The notes beneath the pieces were generated by a model, which had not been told where the DNA came from, did not search any database, and saw only the letters and a program-made list of their open reading frames with translations. A stretch of 64,000 nucleotides of DNA, taken from assembly GCA_047495785.1 (NCBI GenBank), contig JBLDXI010000004.1:2666001-2730000 (forward strand), read 5' to 3'. Source of the DNA: Lepidodermella squamata. Taxonomy: Eukaryota; Animalia; Gastrotricha. The stretch's first letter is position 1, and every line of letters starts with the position of its first letter. Below are positions 63,942-64,000 of the stretch, one piece after another. A program made the translations under genes and the position numbers.

Positions 63942-64000
63942 CGTTTATCAAAAATTAGATATTTTCAAGTAAAATTCAACAGTCATAGGTTTGCTGGAAG

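Overview
Eukaryotic, most likely invertebrate, genomic DNA with many 40-60 nt spliceosomal introns, so the ORF track splits every real gene. All gene models below were spliced by hand from GT/GC-AG sites and paralog comparison, with no database searches. The core is a cluster of secreted proteins that share an unrecognised ~40-50 aa four-cysteine repeat. It has three repeat + C-type-lectin-like genes (5956-8751, 10364-13767, 30391-33906), one truncated copy, and two paralogous astacin-EGF-CUB-kringle-repeat genes (16123-21091, 38408-43932). The astacin-like genes have lost the zinc/catalytic motif and differ most in a short patch near the former active-site cleft. A segmental duplication (initial offset 22285) links the two halves of the cluster. 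Other genes are galaxin-like, PAN/apple, LicD-like, Ly6-like, a Myb/SANT gene and a Polinton-like ORF. A pseudogene resembling a bacterial Cys-rich protein family (54957-60318) is split by a full-length LINE and a MITE. Mobile DNA includes a Tf1/sushi-type LTR-gag with a self-priming signature, a LINE whose ORF1 and ORF2 are in frame across one TAG, and many MITEs with clear TIRs and TSDs. No CRISPR arrays, rRNA or intact tRNA were found.
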